A stretch of 64,000 nucleotides of DNA. It comes from Candidatus Dormiibacterota bacterium. GTDB lineage: Bacteria > Chloroflexota > Dormibacteria > Aeolococcales > Aeolococcaceae. Below, piece after piece: positions 17,115 to 26,418 of this stretch. Position 1 is the stretch's first letter, and each line of letters opens with the position of its first letter. The DNA is taken from positions 15,687 through 79,686 of the forward strand of contig DAISRJ010000004.1 of assembly GCA_036828955.1 (NCBI GenBank), in the 5' to 3' direction. The translations under genes were made by a program, and so were the position numbers. Under the pieces are notes generated by a model. It was not told the DNA's origin. It did not search any database and saw nothing but the letters and a program-made list of their open reading frames with translations.

Positions 17115-18119
17115 ATGTCGATCGTGGCCGGCATGGACGACGACAGCTCCGCCACGCCCGGTGGCCTCGCGTCTGACGCGGCGGGTCACCGGCCGGTCCT
17201 TCTACACCCGCTAATAGAGAGCCTGCAGCCCCGGCCGGGCCAGACGTACATCGACGGCACCCTCGGCGCCGGCGGGTACGTCGCCTCGGTCCTGGAACGC
17301 GTCCGCCCCGGCGGGCGTGTCCTCGGCATCGACCGCGATCCCGCGGCGGTGGAGGCGGCGCGGCGTCGCTTCGCAGCGGCGAGCGGCGCCATCGTCGAGC
17401 AGGGCGATTTCGCCTTTCTCGAGGCGATCGCCGCCCGCCACGGCATCGACCGGGTCGACGGCGTGATGTTCGACCTCGGCCTCTCGTCGGTACAGCTCGA
17501 CGACCCGGCCCGCGGATTCAGCTTCCGCTTCGACGGCCCCCTCGACATGCGCATGGATCCGCGCGAGGGGCGCACCGCCGCCGACCTCGTCAACGAGTGG
17601 TCGGAGGCGGACCTGACCGCGCTGATCCGCACGTACGGTGATGAGCGCTTCGCACGCAGGATCGCCGCCGCGATCGTGCGCCGCCGCGCCGACGAAGCGA
17701 TCACCACCACAACCCAGCTGCGCGACATCGTCGAGCGCACCATCCCCCGACGGTTCTGGCCGAAGCGCATTCACCCTGCGACACGGACGTTCCAGGCGCT
17801 TCGCATCGAGGTGAACCACGAGCTGGAAAGCCTCAACGAGGGACTGCAGGCCGCCATCCGAATCCTCCGGCCCGGTGGGCGTCTTGGGGTTGTCTCCTTC
17901 CACTCTCTCGAGGACACCATTGTCAAGAACGCACTCCACGTCTCAGCACAGAATTGTCTCTGTCCGCCCCAACAGACCCACTGCACCTGCGCTCACCGGG
18001 CCTCTCTTCTCCTCCTCAGCCGCAAGGCCATCAAGCCCGACGCCGCTGAGCTCGCCGCCAACCCGCGAGCCCGGTCCGCGCGGCTGCGCGTCGCCGAGAA
18101 GCTCGACGACGCTCGCTAG
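17115..18119 (+). CDS. rsmH: 16S rRNA (cytosine1402-N4)-methyltransferase RsmH
   Basis: HRPVLL, DGTLGAGGY, DLGLSSVQLD, FRFDGPLDMRM and SFHSLEDTIVK motifs. Confidence 0.95.
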   Translation: MSIVAGMDDDSSATPGGLASDAAGHRPVLLHPLIESLQPRPGQTYIDGTLGAGGYVASVLERVRPGGRVLGIDRDPAAVEAARRRFAAASGAIVEQGDFAFLEAIAARHGIDRVDGVMFDLGLSSVQLDDPARGFSFRFDGPLDMRMDPREGRTAADLVNEWSEADLTALIRTYGDERFARRIAAAIVRRRADEAITTTTQLRDIVERTIPRRFWPKRIHPATRTFQALRIEVNHELESLNEGLQAAIRILRPGGRLGVVSFHSLEDTIVKNALHVSAQNCLCPPQQTHCTCAHRASLLLLSRKAIKPDAAELAANPRARSARLRVAEKLDDAR

Positions 18120-18184
18120 ACCCGCACCCCGCCATCCGTCGCCTCGTCCTCCACACGTCACTGCATTTCACGGAGACCCGGGCT

Positions 18185-18673
18185 GTGCCCAGAACCTCAC
18201 GTTCCCAACTTCCTGCCGATGACCTGAGCGGCGTCCCGCTCGACGAGGCGCCCGCGCGCCGCACCCGCCTTCGCCGCGGTGGACCGCGCACGCCCCTCCC
18301 GCTGCTGCCGCTGATCGCGGCGCTCGCCGGCGTCGGCGTCGCCTACGTGGGTCAGAGCGCCCACGCCACCCAGGCGACATACGACGCCGCCGGCCTGTCG
18401 GCGCAGAACCTGCAGCTGAGCACCCATGACGCGCAACTCGGCGACGACCTCGCCCGCCTCGAGAGCGCCGCGCGGATCGTCGCGGCCGCTCAGCAGCTCG
18501 GCATGCGCCCGGCCGGGCAGTGGTCCTATGTCGCGGCGCAACCCAGGGCGGTGATACCGACCCCGGGGCCGCTGCTGGCCACACAACCCGGCTCCGGTGA
18601 TCCGCTGCAGCAGTTTGTCGCGGCGGTGGGCGGCGCCTTCGGCGTCCACGGCAGCCGCGGCGCCGCCCCATGA
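18185..18673 (+). CDS. FtsL-like cell division protein (single TM plus coiled coil)
   Basis: Sits between rsmH and ftsI. It has one hydrophobic helix (PLLPLIAALAGVGVAYV) followed by a helical region. ATGA overlap with ftsI. Confidence 0.6.
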   Translation: MPRTSRSQLPADDLSGVPLDEAPARRTRLRRGGPRTPLPLLPLIAALAGVGVAYVGQSAHATQATYDAAGLSAQNLQLSTHDAQLGDDLARLESAARIVAAAQQLGMRPAGQWSYVAAQPRAVIPTPGPLLATQPGSGDPLQQFVAAVGGAFGVHGSRGAAP

Positions 18674-20433
18674 GACGACGTCGCGAGGCAGCCCAGCCCT
18701 CGGCGGTGCGCGGCTGGTTCGTCGCCGACGCACCCGACTACCGTCACCGCGGCACCTGGCTGGCGCTGGCGTTCGCCGCCATGGCGGTCACGCTCTGCGC
18801 GCGCCTCTTCGACGTGCAGGTGCTGCAGCACGCAACCCTGGCCGCCAAGGCGGCGGCCCTGCACCAGAAGTCGGTCAGCATCGCGGCCACCCGGGGGCGG
18901 ATCCTGGACAGCAGCGGGCGCGTTCTGGTCAGCAACCGCACCGTGTACGACGTCTATGCCGACCCGGGCCTGATCCGCGTGGACAGCCGCGCCGACGTGG
19001 CCAGGCAGCTCGCCCCCGTGCTCTCCCAGGATGTCACCGCTGTCGACGCGCTCATCTCCGAGCCGACGCGTTTTGTCTACCTCGCCAAGGCGGTGTCACA
19101 GCAGGTGAGTGACCGGCTCAACGCTCTCGGGCTGCCCGGGGTCGTGGTGGTGCCCGCGGAGCAGCGCGTCTACGAGCCGTCGGCTGTGCCGGGCACGTCC
19201 TTTGCCGCCAACCTCCTCGGCTACGTCAATGCCGACGGCACCGGCCAGTACGGCATCGAGGGCTACTACGACTCCGTGCTCCGTGGCACCGACGGGCACC
19301 AGTCGACGGTTCGCGACGTCGCCGGCAACTCCATCACCCTGAGCAACGACCCGCAGTCGGCCGCTCACGACGGCGAGGACCTCCAGCTCGGGCTCGACTC
19401 GGAGGTGCAGTACTGGGCCGAGCAGGCGATCGCGCAGGGCGTCGCCAAGGCGCAGGCGGCATCGGGGACCCTGCTGGTCATGGACACCAAGACCGGCGTC
19501 ATCCGGGCGTGGGCTCAGGCGCCCACATACGATGCCAACTCCTACTCGAGCTCCCCGATCGCCGACTTCCGCGACCTCGGGATCTCCAACGTCTACGAGC
19601 CTGGATCGGTCGAGAAGCTGGTCACCTTCGGGGGCGCTCTCAACAGCGGCGCGATCACCCCGGGCTACACATTCAATGAGGGGCCGACGACGATCGACGG
19701 AGCCACCATCCGCGACTGGGACAACCGCGCCCACGGCAACATCACCATGCAGAAGGTCCTCGACGACTCGCTCAACAACGGGGCCATCAGGGCGGCTCAA
19801 CTGATGGGTGCAAATGCCTTCTACAGCAACCTCAAGGCCTTCGGGATCGGTCTCTCGACAGGAGTCGACCTGGCCGGTGAGCAGAACGTGCCCCTGCCGT
19901 CGCAGAGCACCCTGAGCCCCCTCGACCTCGCCGAAGCCGCCTTTGGGCAGCGCGTCCAGGTGACCCCGGTGGAGATGCTGGCGGCGATCAACGCCATCGC
20001 CAACGGCGGTGTGTGGGTGCAGCCGCACGCGGTGCAGGCCGTCATCGATCCCACCACCGGCAGGTCCGCCGTGGTCGTGCCCACCACGCGACGGATCATC
20101 TCCGTCGCCGCCGCGGCCACGCTCGCTCACATGATGACCGGGGTCGTCGAGGACAGCGGGGCCGAGGGCTCAGCGGCCAAGATCGCGGGCTTCAAGGGTG
20201 AGGTGGCCGGCAAGACCGGCACCGCGAGCGTGGCCGTCAACGGCCGCTACGGAAGCAACGTCATCGTCTCCTTCGGGGGTTTCCTCCCCGCCAAGAACCC
20301 GCAGTTCACCATGCTGGTCGTGCTCAACTATCCGCAGGAGAACAGCATCGTGCGATTCGGCTCGACGCTGGCGGCCCCGATCTGGAAGCAGCTCGCCCAG
20401 GTGGCCATCGACCAGTGGCGGATCACGCCGTGA
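18670..20433 (+). CDS. ftsI: peptidoglycan D,D-transpeptidase FtsI (class B PBP)
   Basis: PBP dimerisation region followed by a transpeptidase domain with SVEK-type SxxK (PGSVEKLVT), SLN (DSLNNG) and KTGT (AGKTGTA). Confidence 0.9.
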   Translation: MRRRREAAQPSAVRGWFVADAPDYRHRGTWLALAFAAMAVTLCARLFDVQVLQHATLAAKAAALHQKSVSIAATRGRILDSSGRVLVSNRTVYDVYADPGLIRVDSRADVARQLAPVLSQDVTAVDALISEPTRFVYLAKAVSQQVSDRLNALGLPGVVVVPAEQRVYEPSAVPGTSFAANLLGYVNADGTGQYGIEGYYDSVLRGTDGHQSTVRDVAGNSITLSNDPQSAAHDGEDLQLGLDSEVQYWAEQAIAQGVAKAQAASGTLLVMDTKTGVIRAWAQAPTYDANSYSSSPIADFRDLGISNVYEPGSVEKLVTFGGALNSGAITPGYTFNEGPTTIDGATIRDWDNRAHGNITMQKVLDDSLNNGAIRAAQLMGANAFYSNLKAFGIGLSTGVDLAGEQNVPLPSQSTLSPLDLAEAAFGQRVQVTPVEMLAAINAIANGGVWVQPHAVQAVIDPTTGRSAVVVPTTRRIISVAAAATLAHMMTGVVEDSGAEGSAAKIAGFKGEVAGKTGTASVAVNGRYGSNVIVSFGGFLPAKNPQFTMLVVLNYPQENSIVRFGSTLAAPIWKQLAQVAIDQWRITP

Positions 20434-21392
20434 AGCACGCCGCCGTGGTGCTCGTGCTCGCCTTCGGCGCGGGGATGGCCCTGTACCCGTGGCTCATCGC
20501 CCAGCTCGCCGTCAGCGGTGCGCGGCAGCGCGTGCAGGCGTACAACCCGCAGTCCCACATGATCAAGGCGGGCACCCCGACCATGGGCGGCCTGCTCTTC
20601 TGCGCCATCGCCGTGGTCGCCTGGCTCGTCTTCGACCGCAGCCGCCTCGGGTTCGTCGTCGTGTTCGCTCTTGGGGCGGGCGCATTGCTCGGCGTCCTCG
20701 ACGACCGCGCAAACATCCGCGGCAAGGGCATGTTCGGCCTCGGGGTCCGCGAGAAGCTCGTCTTCCAGGCGTTCATCGGGCTCCTCGTCGGCATCGGCCT
20801 GGCAGTCGCCGGCGCCACCCGCCAGGCCTTCCCCGGGCTCGGCGAGCCGGACCTGCATGCCGCCGGCATCATCATCGTGAGCGTGCTGGCAGTTGTCGCC
20901 GTCAGCAACGCGGTCAACCTCACCGACGGCGTCGACGGCCTCGCGGCCAGCTGTTCCGCGGTGGTGTTCGCCGGGCTGCTCGCCGTCGCCCTGCACCAAC
21001 ACGCGCTTCCCGCCGTGGTCGTCAGCGCCGCCCTGGTCGGCGCCCTTGTGGCCTTCCTTGTCTTCAACTGGTTCCCCGCCCGCGTGTTCATGGGGGACAC
21101 CGGTTCGCTTGCGCTGGGCTGCGCGCTCGTCGCCACCGCGGCCGAGGTGCACCTGCTCTGGCTGCTCCCGCTCGCGGGCATCGTCTTCGTCGCCGAGACG
21201 CTCAGCGTGATCATCAACGTCACCGCCGTGCGCAGGTTCCACCGCCACCTGCTTCGGGCCAGCCCGCTCCATCATCACTTCGAGGAGCTCGGCCTCCGCG
21301 AGCGCCGCCTGGTCGCCGCCTTCACAACAGTGGCGGCCGTCGGCACCCTCCTCACCGTCCTGTACGCGCGTTCGCGCGGGGCTGTGGCATGA
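20415..21392 (+). CDS. mraY: phospho-N-acetylmuramoyl-pentapeptide transferase
   Basis: KAGTPTMGG, NAVNLTDGVDGLA, FPARVFMGDTGSLALG and HHHFE motifs. The GTG at 20430 (GTGA overlap with the ftsI stop) is an equally good start. Confidence 0.93.
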   Translation: MADHAVKHAAVVLVLAFGAGMALYPWLIAQLAVSGARQRVQAYNPQSHMIKAGTPTMGGLLFCAIAVVAWLVFDRSRLGFVVVFALGAGALLGVLDDRANIRGKGMFGLGVREKLVFQAFIGLLVGIGLAVAGATRQAFPGLGEPDLHAAGIIIVSVLAVVAVSNAVNLTDGVDGLAASCSAVVFAGLLAVALHQHALPAVVVSAALVGALVAFLVFNWFPARVFMGDTGSLALGCALVATAAEVHLLWLLPLAGIVFVAETLSVIINVTAVRRFHRHLLRASPLHHHFEELGLRERRLVAAFTTVAAVGTLLTVLYARSRGAVA

Positions 21393-22741
21393 GCGGCCGT
21401 GCCGTGGTTCTCGGCCTCGGTCGCAGCGGGCTCGCCTGCGCCCGCGTCCTCGCCGCCGAGGGATGGGAGGTGCTCGCGGTCGACGGTCGCGACGACGCCG
21501 GCCTCCGCGAGACGGCCTCACGCCTGCCCGCCGAGGTCCACGTCGAGCTCGGCGGCTACCGGGCCGAGGTGGTGCGCGGCGCTGCCCTGGTCTGTCCGTC
21601 GCCCGGCGTGTCGTGGAGCGCTCCCGAGCTCGTGCTCGCGCGGAGCCTTGGCATCCCGGTGCGCAGCGAGATCGCGCTGGTGTTCGAGCGCTGCCGCGGC
21701 CGCATCGTCGGCATCACCGGCACCAACGGCAAGACCACCACGACCAGCCTGTGCGCCGCCGTGATCGGGCGCGACGGCCGCCGTGTCCACCTCGGCGGCA
21801 ACATCGGCGAGACCATGCTCGACCGCCTCGACACGGTCCGTAGCGGCGACTGGGTGGTGCTCGAGCTGTCGTCGTTCCAGTTGGAGTCCGTCGAGGCGCC
21901 CGCGTGCGAGATCGCCGCAGTCCTGAACATCAGTCACGACCACATCGACCGTCATGGCAGCCTGGCCGCGTACATCGCCACCAAGCAGCGAGTGGTCGAG
22001 CACGCCACGTCCTGCGCGGTCCTGGGATGGGACGACCCGGTGACCCGCGCCATGGCCGCCGCCAGCCCGGCGCCGGTGCGGTTCTTCGGGGCTGCGATGG
22101 CCGGACAGGACGGCGCCACCGTTGAGGGCGGCGACGTCGTGGTCGTCGAGGCGGGCGCATCACAGCCGGTCATGAAGGTGGCCGACATCCCCCTCCTGGG
22201 GAGCCACAACGTGCTCAACGTCCTCGCCGCGACCGCGATCGGGGTCGCGGCGGGGGTCGGCGTGACGGACATCGCCGCGGCCGTCCGCGACTTCACCCCC
22301 GTGCCCCACCGCCTCGAGACCGTTCTCGAGGACAACGGCGTGCTCTGGATCAACGACAGCAAGGCGACCAACGTCGACGCTGCCACGCGCGCGCTGGAAT
22401 CCTTCGACCGGCCGATCGTGTGGATCGGCGGCGGGTACAGCAAGGGCGTGCCGGCGGGCGACCTCGCCGACGCCGTGGCCCGCCACGCCCGCGTCGCCAT
22501 CCTCAACGGCGACACCGCGGCAGAGTTGGACGATGCACTGGCCGCGCTGGGCTTTCGGGACACGGTCGTCGTCGCCGACCAGGAGAGCGCGGTCCGCGAG
22601 GCGCGGCGGCGGGCCGGTCCCGGCGACGTCGTCCTGCTGGCGCCCGGCTACTCCAGCTTCGACCAGTTCGGCAACTTCGAGGAGCGTGGCGAGGCGTTCG
22701 CCGCCCTGGTTCGCCGCCTCGTCATGGAGAGCGGCGCCTGA
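21389..22741 (+). CDS. murD: UDP-N-acetylmuramoylalanine--D-glutamate ligase
   Basis: GLGRSG Rossmann start, GITGTNGKTTT, NDSKATN and HRLE. ATGA overlap with mraY. The upstream part of ORF 20198..22741 was rejected. Confidence 0.92.
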   Translation: MSGRAVVLGLGRSGLACARVLAAEGWEVLAVDGRDDAGLRETASRLPAEVHVELGGYRAEVVRGAALVCPSPGVSWSAPELVLARSLGIPVRSEIALVFERCRGRIVGITGTNGKTTTTSLCAAVIGRDGRRVHLGGNIGETMLDRLDTVRSGDWVVLELSSFQLESVEAPACEIAAVLNISHDHIDRHGSLAAYIATKQRVVEHATSCAVLGWDDPVTRAMAAASPAPVRFFGAAMAGQDGATVEGGDVVVVEAGASQPVMKVADIPLLGSHNVLNVLAATAIGVAAGVGVTDIAAAVRDFTPVPHRLETVLEDNGVLWINDSKATNVDAATRALESFDRPIVWIGGGYSKGVPAGDLADAVARHARVAILNGDTAAELDDALAALGFRDTVVVADQESAVREARRRAGPGDVVLLAPGYSSFDQFGNFEERGEAFAALVRRLVMESGA

Positions 22742-24000
22742 TGGCCGCTCGCACCCGGCCCAACACCGCCCCCGCCCTGCGCCTGCGTGAAACCCTCCTC
22801 GGCGGGCGCACCCTCAGCCTCGGTGGGGTTGACGGCTGGCTGCTGACCGACATCGCCGCGCTCTGCGCCTTCGGGCTGGTGATGGTCTACAGCGCCAGCG
22901 AAGCGCTGGGTTTCCTCTGGTTCGAGAACCCCAACTACTTCTTCTATCGACAGCTGATGGGCATGGGGCTCGGCGTGCTGGCACTGGTGATCCTCGCCCG
23001 CACCGACTACCACCGCCTGCGCCGCCTCGCCCCTGTGGCTGCGCTCTGTCTCGTGGCCATGCTGATCCTGGTGCTGGTGCCGCACCTGGGGACCCAGGCC
23101 AACGGCGCCCGGCGCTGGTTCACCGTGGGACCCCTGTCCGTGCAGCCGTCGGCGATCGCCATCCTCGTCTCCATCGTGTTCTTCTCGAAGTGGCTGACCG
23201 ATCGCGCCCCCGCCGTCCGCACCTACCGCGGTGTGCGCGACTACGCGCTGCTCATCGGCGTGCTCATCGCCCTCGTCCTGCTCGAACGCGACCTCGGCAG
23301 CAGCATCATCATCGCCGGGACTGCGCTGGTTCTCCTCGCGCTCGGCGGCGTCCGCAAGCGGCACATGTTCGTCCTCCTCGGCGTGGCCATGGCGGGCGGT
23401 TACCTGCTGGTCATGCTCGTCGCCTACCGGTCGAGCCGCCTGGCCACTTTCACGCACCCCTGCGACGATCCTCTCAACACCGGCTACCAGGCGTGCCAGG
23501 CGCTCTACGCCTTCGGCAGCGGCGGCCTCACCGGGGTCGGCCTCGGCAACTCCGTGCAGAAGTACCAGTGGCTGCCCGAGGCGCACACCGACTTCATCTT
23601 CGCCATCATCGGCGAGGAGCTCGGCCTGGTCGGAACCGTCTCGGTGGTGCTGGCGTTCACATTGCTGCTCTGGCGTGGAGTGCGAGCCTCCCTTCGCGCG
23701 CCGGACTCGTACGGAGCACTGCTCGCTGGAGGTATCACCGCGTGGATCGGGATTCAGGCTTTCGTCAACATCGGGGCGGTCACGGGCGTGATCCCCACGA
23801 CCGGCATCCCCCTGCCGTTCATCAGCTACGGTGGCACCTCATTGGCGATGACGCTGGCGGGGGTGGGAATCCTCTGCAACGTGTCCGCCCAGGGCCGACG
23901 ACAGGGGGTGACACTGCGTGCGCACGTTGATCGCCGGCGGGGGGACGGGCGGCCACCTGACCCCGGTGCTGGCGATGGCCCAGGAGCTGCGCCGCTCTGA
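22741..24000 (+). CDS. ftsW: peptidoglycan glycosyltransferase FtsW (SEDS family)
   Basis: About 10 hydrophobic segments. PEAHTDFIFAIIGEELG and LPFISYGGTS are SEDS signatures. TGATG overlap with murD. Confidence 0.9.
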   Translation: MAARTRPNTAPALRLRETLLGGRTLSLGGVDGWLLTDIAALCAFGLVMVYSASEALGFLWFENPNYFFYRQLMGMGLGVLALVILARTDYHRLRRLAPVAALCLVAMLILVLVPHLGTQANGARRWFTVGPLSVQPSAIAILVSIVFFSKWLTDRAPAVRTYRGVRDYALLIGVLIALVLLERDLGSSIIIAGTALVLLALGGVRKRHMFVLLGVAMAGGYLLVMLVAYRSSRLATFTHPCDDPLNTGYQACQALYAFGSGGLTGVGLGNSVQKYQWLPEAHTDFIFAIIGEELGLVGTVSVVLAFTLLLWRGVRASLRAPDSYGALLAGGITAWIGIQAFVNIGAVTGVIPTTGIPLPFISYGGTSLAMTLAGVGILCNVSAQGRRQGVTLRAHVDRRRGDGRPPDPGAGDGPGAAPL

Positions 24001-25021
24001 CCCGTCCGGCGCCGTTCTCATCGTCGGCCGCCGGGGAGGCGTCGCCGAGGGGCTGGTCACGGCGGCGGGGTTCCGCCTCGAGACCCTGCAGGTGTCGGGC
24101 CTCGACACCGGAAGTGCGGCCAGCGTGTCTCGCTTTGTCGCCCGCCTGCCCGTGGCGGTGATGGCCGCGCGGAGGATCATTCGCGAGTTCCGCGCCGACG
24201 TGGTCGTCGGGGGGGCCGGCTACGTGAGCGTGCCGGTGGTCCTGGCCGCCCGTTCGCTGCGCGTCCCGGTTGTGCTCATGGAGCAGAACGCCATGCCCGG
24301 CCGGGCCACACGGCTGCTGGCGCGCCGCGACGGCGTGGTCGCCGCCGCGTTCGCGGAGACCGCGGCACGTCTGCCCCGCGCTCGCGTCGTGCACACCGGC
24401 AACCCGATCCGCACGGAGGTGCTCGCGACCCCGCCCCGCCCACTCGGCGACCGTTGCGACGCACTCCTGGTCATGGGTGGCTCACAGGGCGCGCGGCGCA
24501 TCAACCGCGCGGTGGCGGGCTGCGTCGAGGCACTCCTGCGCGCCAATCCGAGCCTGCGCATCGTTCACCAGACGGGCGTCCTCGACAGCGAGGAGATGGA
24601 TGCGGTGGCGGCCTCACTCGACGCCGGCCTGCGCGCGCGCTGGTCGCTGGCGCCCTTCATCCGCGACGTCGGCGCGGCCATCACCGGCGCCGACCTCGTG
24701 CTGATGAGGGCCGGAGGGTCGTCCGTTGCCGAGTGCGCGGCCCTCGGCCGTCCGATGATCCTGGTGCCGTACCCACATGCCGGTGACCATCAGCGCCTCA
24801 ACGCGGCCCCCTACGTCGCGGCCGGGGCGGCCAGGGTCATCCCCGACCAGGAATGCGACGCGCCGCGTGTGGCGGCGGAGCTGGGCGCCCTGCTCGACGA
24901 CCCGGCGGCGTGGCGGCGCATGGCCGCGGCAAGCGCGGGGCTGGGCCGGCGCGACGCGGCCTCACGGGTTGTCGGGCTGCTCACCCACCTTGCGGGCAGT
25001 CCGGCGAGAATCCCGGGGTGA
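23918..25021 (+). CDS. murG: UDP-N-acetylglucosamine--N-acetylmuramyl-(pentapeptide) pyrophosphoryl-undecaprenol GlcNAc transferase
   Basis: AGGGTGGHLTP, GGSQGA and the MRAGGSSVAECAALGRPMILVPYP motif. The GTG start overlaps the ftsW tail by 83 nt. Confidence 0.92.
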   Translation: MRTLIAGGGTGGHLTPVLAMAQELRRSDPSGAVLIVGRRGGVAEGLVTAAGFRLETLQVSGLDTGSAASVSRFVARLPVAVMAARRIIREFRADVVVGGAGYVSVPVVLAARSLRVPVVLMEQNAMPGRATRLLARRDGVVAAAFAETAARLPRARVVHTGNPIRTEVLATPPRPLGDRCDALLVMGGSQGARRINRAVAGCVEALLRANPSLRIVHQTGVLDSEEMDAVAASLDAGLRARWSLAPFIRDVGAAITGADLVLMRAGGSSVAECAALGRPMILVPYPHAGDHQRLNAAPYVAAGAARVIPDQECDAPRVAAELGALLDDPAAWRRMAAASAGLGRRDAASRVVGLLTHLAGSPARIPG

Positions 25022-26418
25022 CCGGTCACGTCCACTTCCTCGGTATCTGCGGCTATGCGGTGAGCGGCGCTGCGCTGGTCGCCCGCGAGCAGGGATGGCG
25101 TGTCTCGGGCTCCGACGACGAGGCCTACCCCCCGACGACCGACATCCTCACCGCCGCCGGCGTCGACTGGGTGGACGGCAGTGACCCCGCCAACCTCGAC
25201 CGGTGGGGCGTGCCCGACCTCGTGGTGGTGGGCAACCAGACGCGTGCGACCAACCCGGAGTGGCTGGCCGCACGCGACCGCGGCCTGCCCACCACAAGCG
25301 AGATCGAGTTCTACCTGCGCCTCACCGCCGGCCGGCGCCGCATCGCGGTCTGCGGGACGCACGGCAAGACCACGACGTCGTCACTGCTCGCCCACATGCT
25401 CGACGCCTGCGGGATGGACCCCGGCTATCGGCTGGGATCGACGTCCCTGGACCTCGGCGGCAGCGCCAGACTTGGGACTGGGCCGTTCGTGTTCGAGGGT
25501 GACGAGTACACCACAGCCCCCTGGGACAGGCGTCCCAAGTTCCTTCACATCCGCCCGTCGTCGGCCTGCGTGACCCGCCTCGAGCTCGACCACCCCGACG
25601 TGTACCCGACGCTTGACGCCTACCGCGCCCCCTTCCGCGAGCTGGCGCGGTCGATGCCCGCCGCCGGCCTCCTGGTGCTCTGCGCCGACGATCCCGAATG
25701 CGGGGCACTCGAGGCCGATGCTTCGTGCCGGGTGATCACCTACGGGTGCGAGGAGGGGGCCGCCTGGCGCATCCGCCTCGGCGGCGACGGCGGTGGCTTG
25801 CAGACATTCACGGTGCTCGAGCCCGGCGGTGAGCACGAGGTGGCGCTCACCTTCCCGGGCAGGCACAGCGCGCTCAACGCCGCGGCAGCTCTCGTGCTCG
25901 CCGTCGACGCCGGGGCATCGCTGCAGCGATGCATCGAGGCATGCGCCACCTTCCGCGGGCCGGCGCGCCGCTTCGAGGTGGTCGGTGAGGTGAGCGATGT
26001 CACGGTGGTCGACGACTATGCCCACCACCCCACCGAGGTCGAGGTGACCATCGCGGCCGCCCGGGATCGGTATCCCGGGCGACGCCTCATCGCCATCCAC
26101 ACCCCGCACACGTACTCGCGGACGCGCACGCTCCTCGCCGACTACGAGCACAGCTTCAGCGGCGCGGACGTGGTGGTGCTCGGCCCGATCGAGAGCGCCA
26201 GGGAGCGCGGCATGGAGGCGACGGTGAGCAGCCACGATGTCGCCTCTCGGGTTGGGGAAGCCGTCCCGGTCCACGTCGTGGACAGCTCGGCGGCTGCGAT
26301 CGGCCTGCTGGCGCGCATCTCGCGGCCCGGCGACGTGTTGCTGGTCCTCTCGCTGGGCGGCTTCGACAAGATCGCTCTCCGCCTCGTCGCCGCACTGGAG
26401 GCTGCCGGTGTCCACTGA
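25018..26418 (+). CDS. murC: Mur ligase at the murC position (UDP-N-acetylmuramate--L-alanine ligase family, Mpl-like sequence)
   Basis: GTHGKTTTSS P-loop, DDYAHHPTEV, HSALNAAAA. The N-terminal GICG...YPP and GDEYTTAPWDRRPKF segments look closer to Mpl than to canonical MurC (see findings). GTGA overlap with murG. Confidence 0.85.
   Translation: MTGHVHFLGICGYAVSGAALVAREQGWRVSGSDDEAYPPTTDILTAAGVDWVDGSDPANLDRWGVPDLVVVGNQTRATNPEWLAARDRGLPTTSEIEFYLRLTAGRRRIAVCGTHGKTTTSSLLAHMLDACGMDPGYRLGSTSLDLGGSARLGTGPFVFEGDEYTTAPWDRRPKFLHIRPSSACVTRLELDHPDVYPTLDAYRAPFRELARSMPAAGLLVLCADDPECGALEADASCRVITYGCEEGAAWRIRLGGDGGGLQTFTVLEPGGEHEVALTFPGRHSALNAAAALVLAVDAGASLQRCIEACATFRGPARRFEVVGEVSDVTVVDDYAHHPTEVEVTIAAARDRYPGRRLIAIHTPHTYSRTRTLLADYEHSFSGADVVVLGPIESARERGMEATVSSHDVASRVGEAVPVHVVDSSAAAIGLLARISRPGDVLLVLSLGGFDKIALRLVAALEAAGVH

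Noticed and set aside
20198-21388. Upstream 397 codons of ORF 20198..22741 (murD frame)
   Set aside because: It overlaps mraY in another frame and is Arg/Pro-rich. The MurD Rossmann N-terminus starts at ATG 21389, with an ATGA overlap to the mraY stop.
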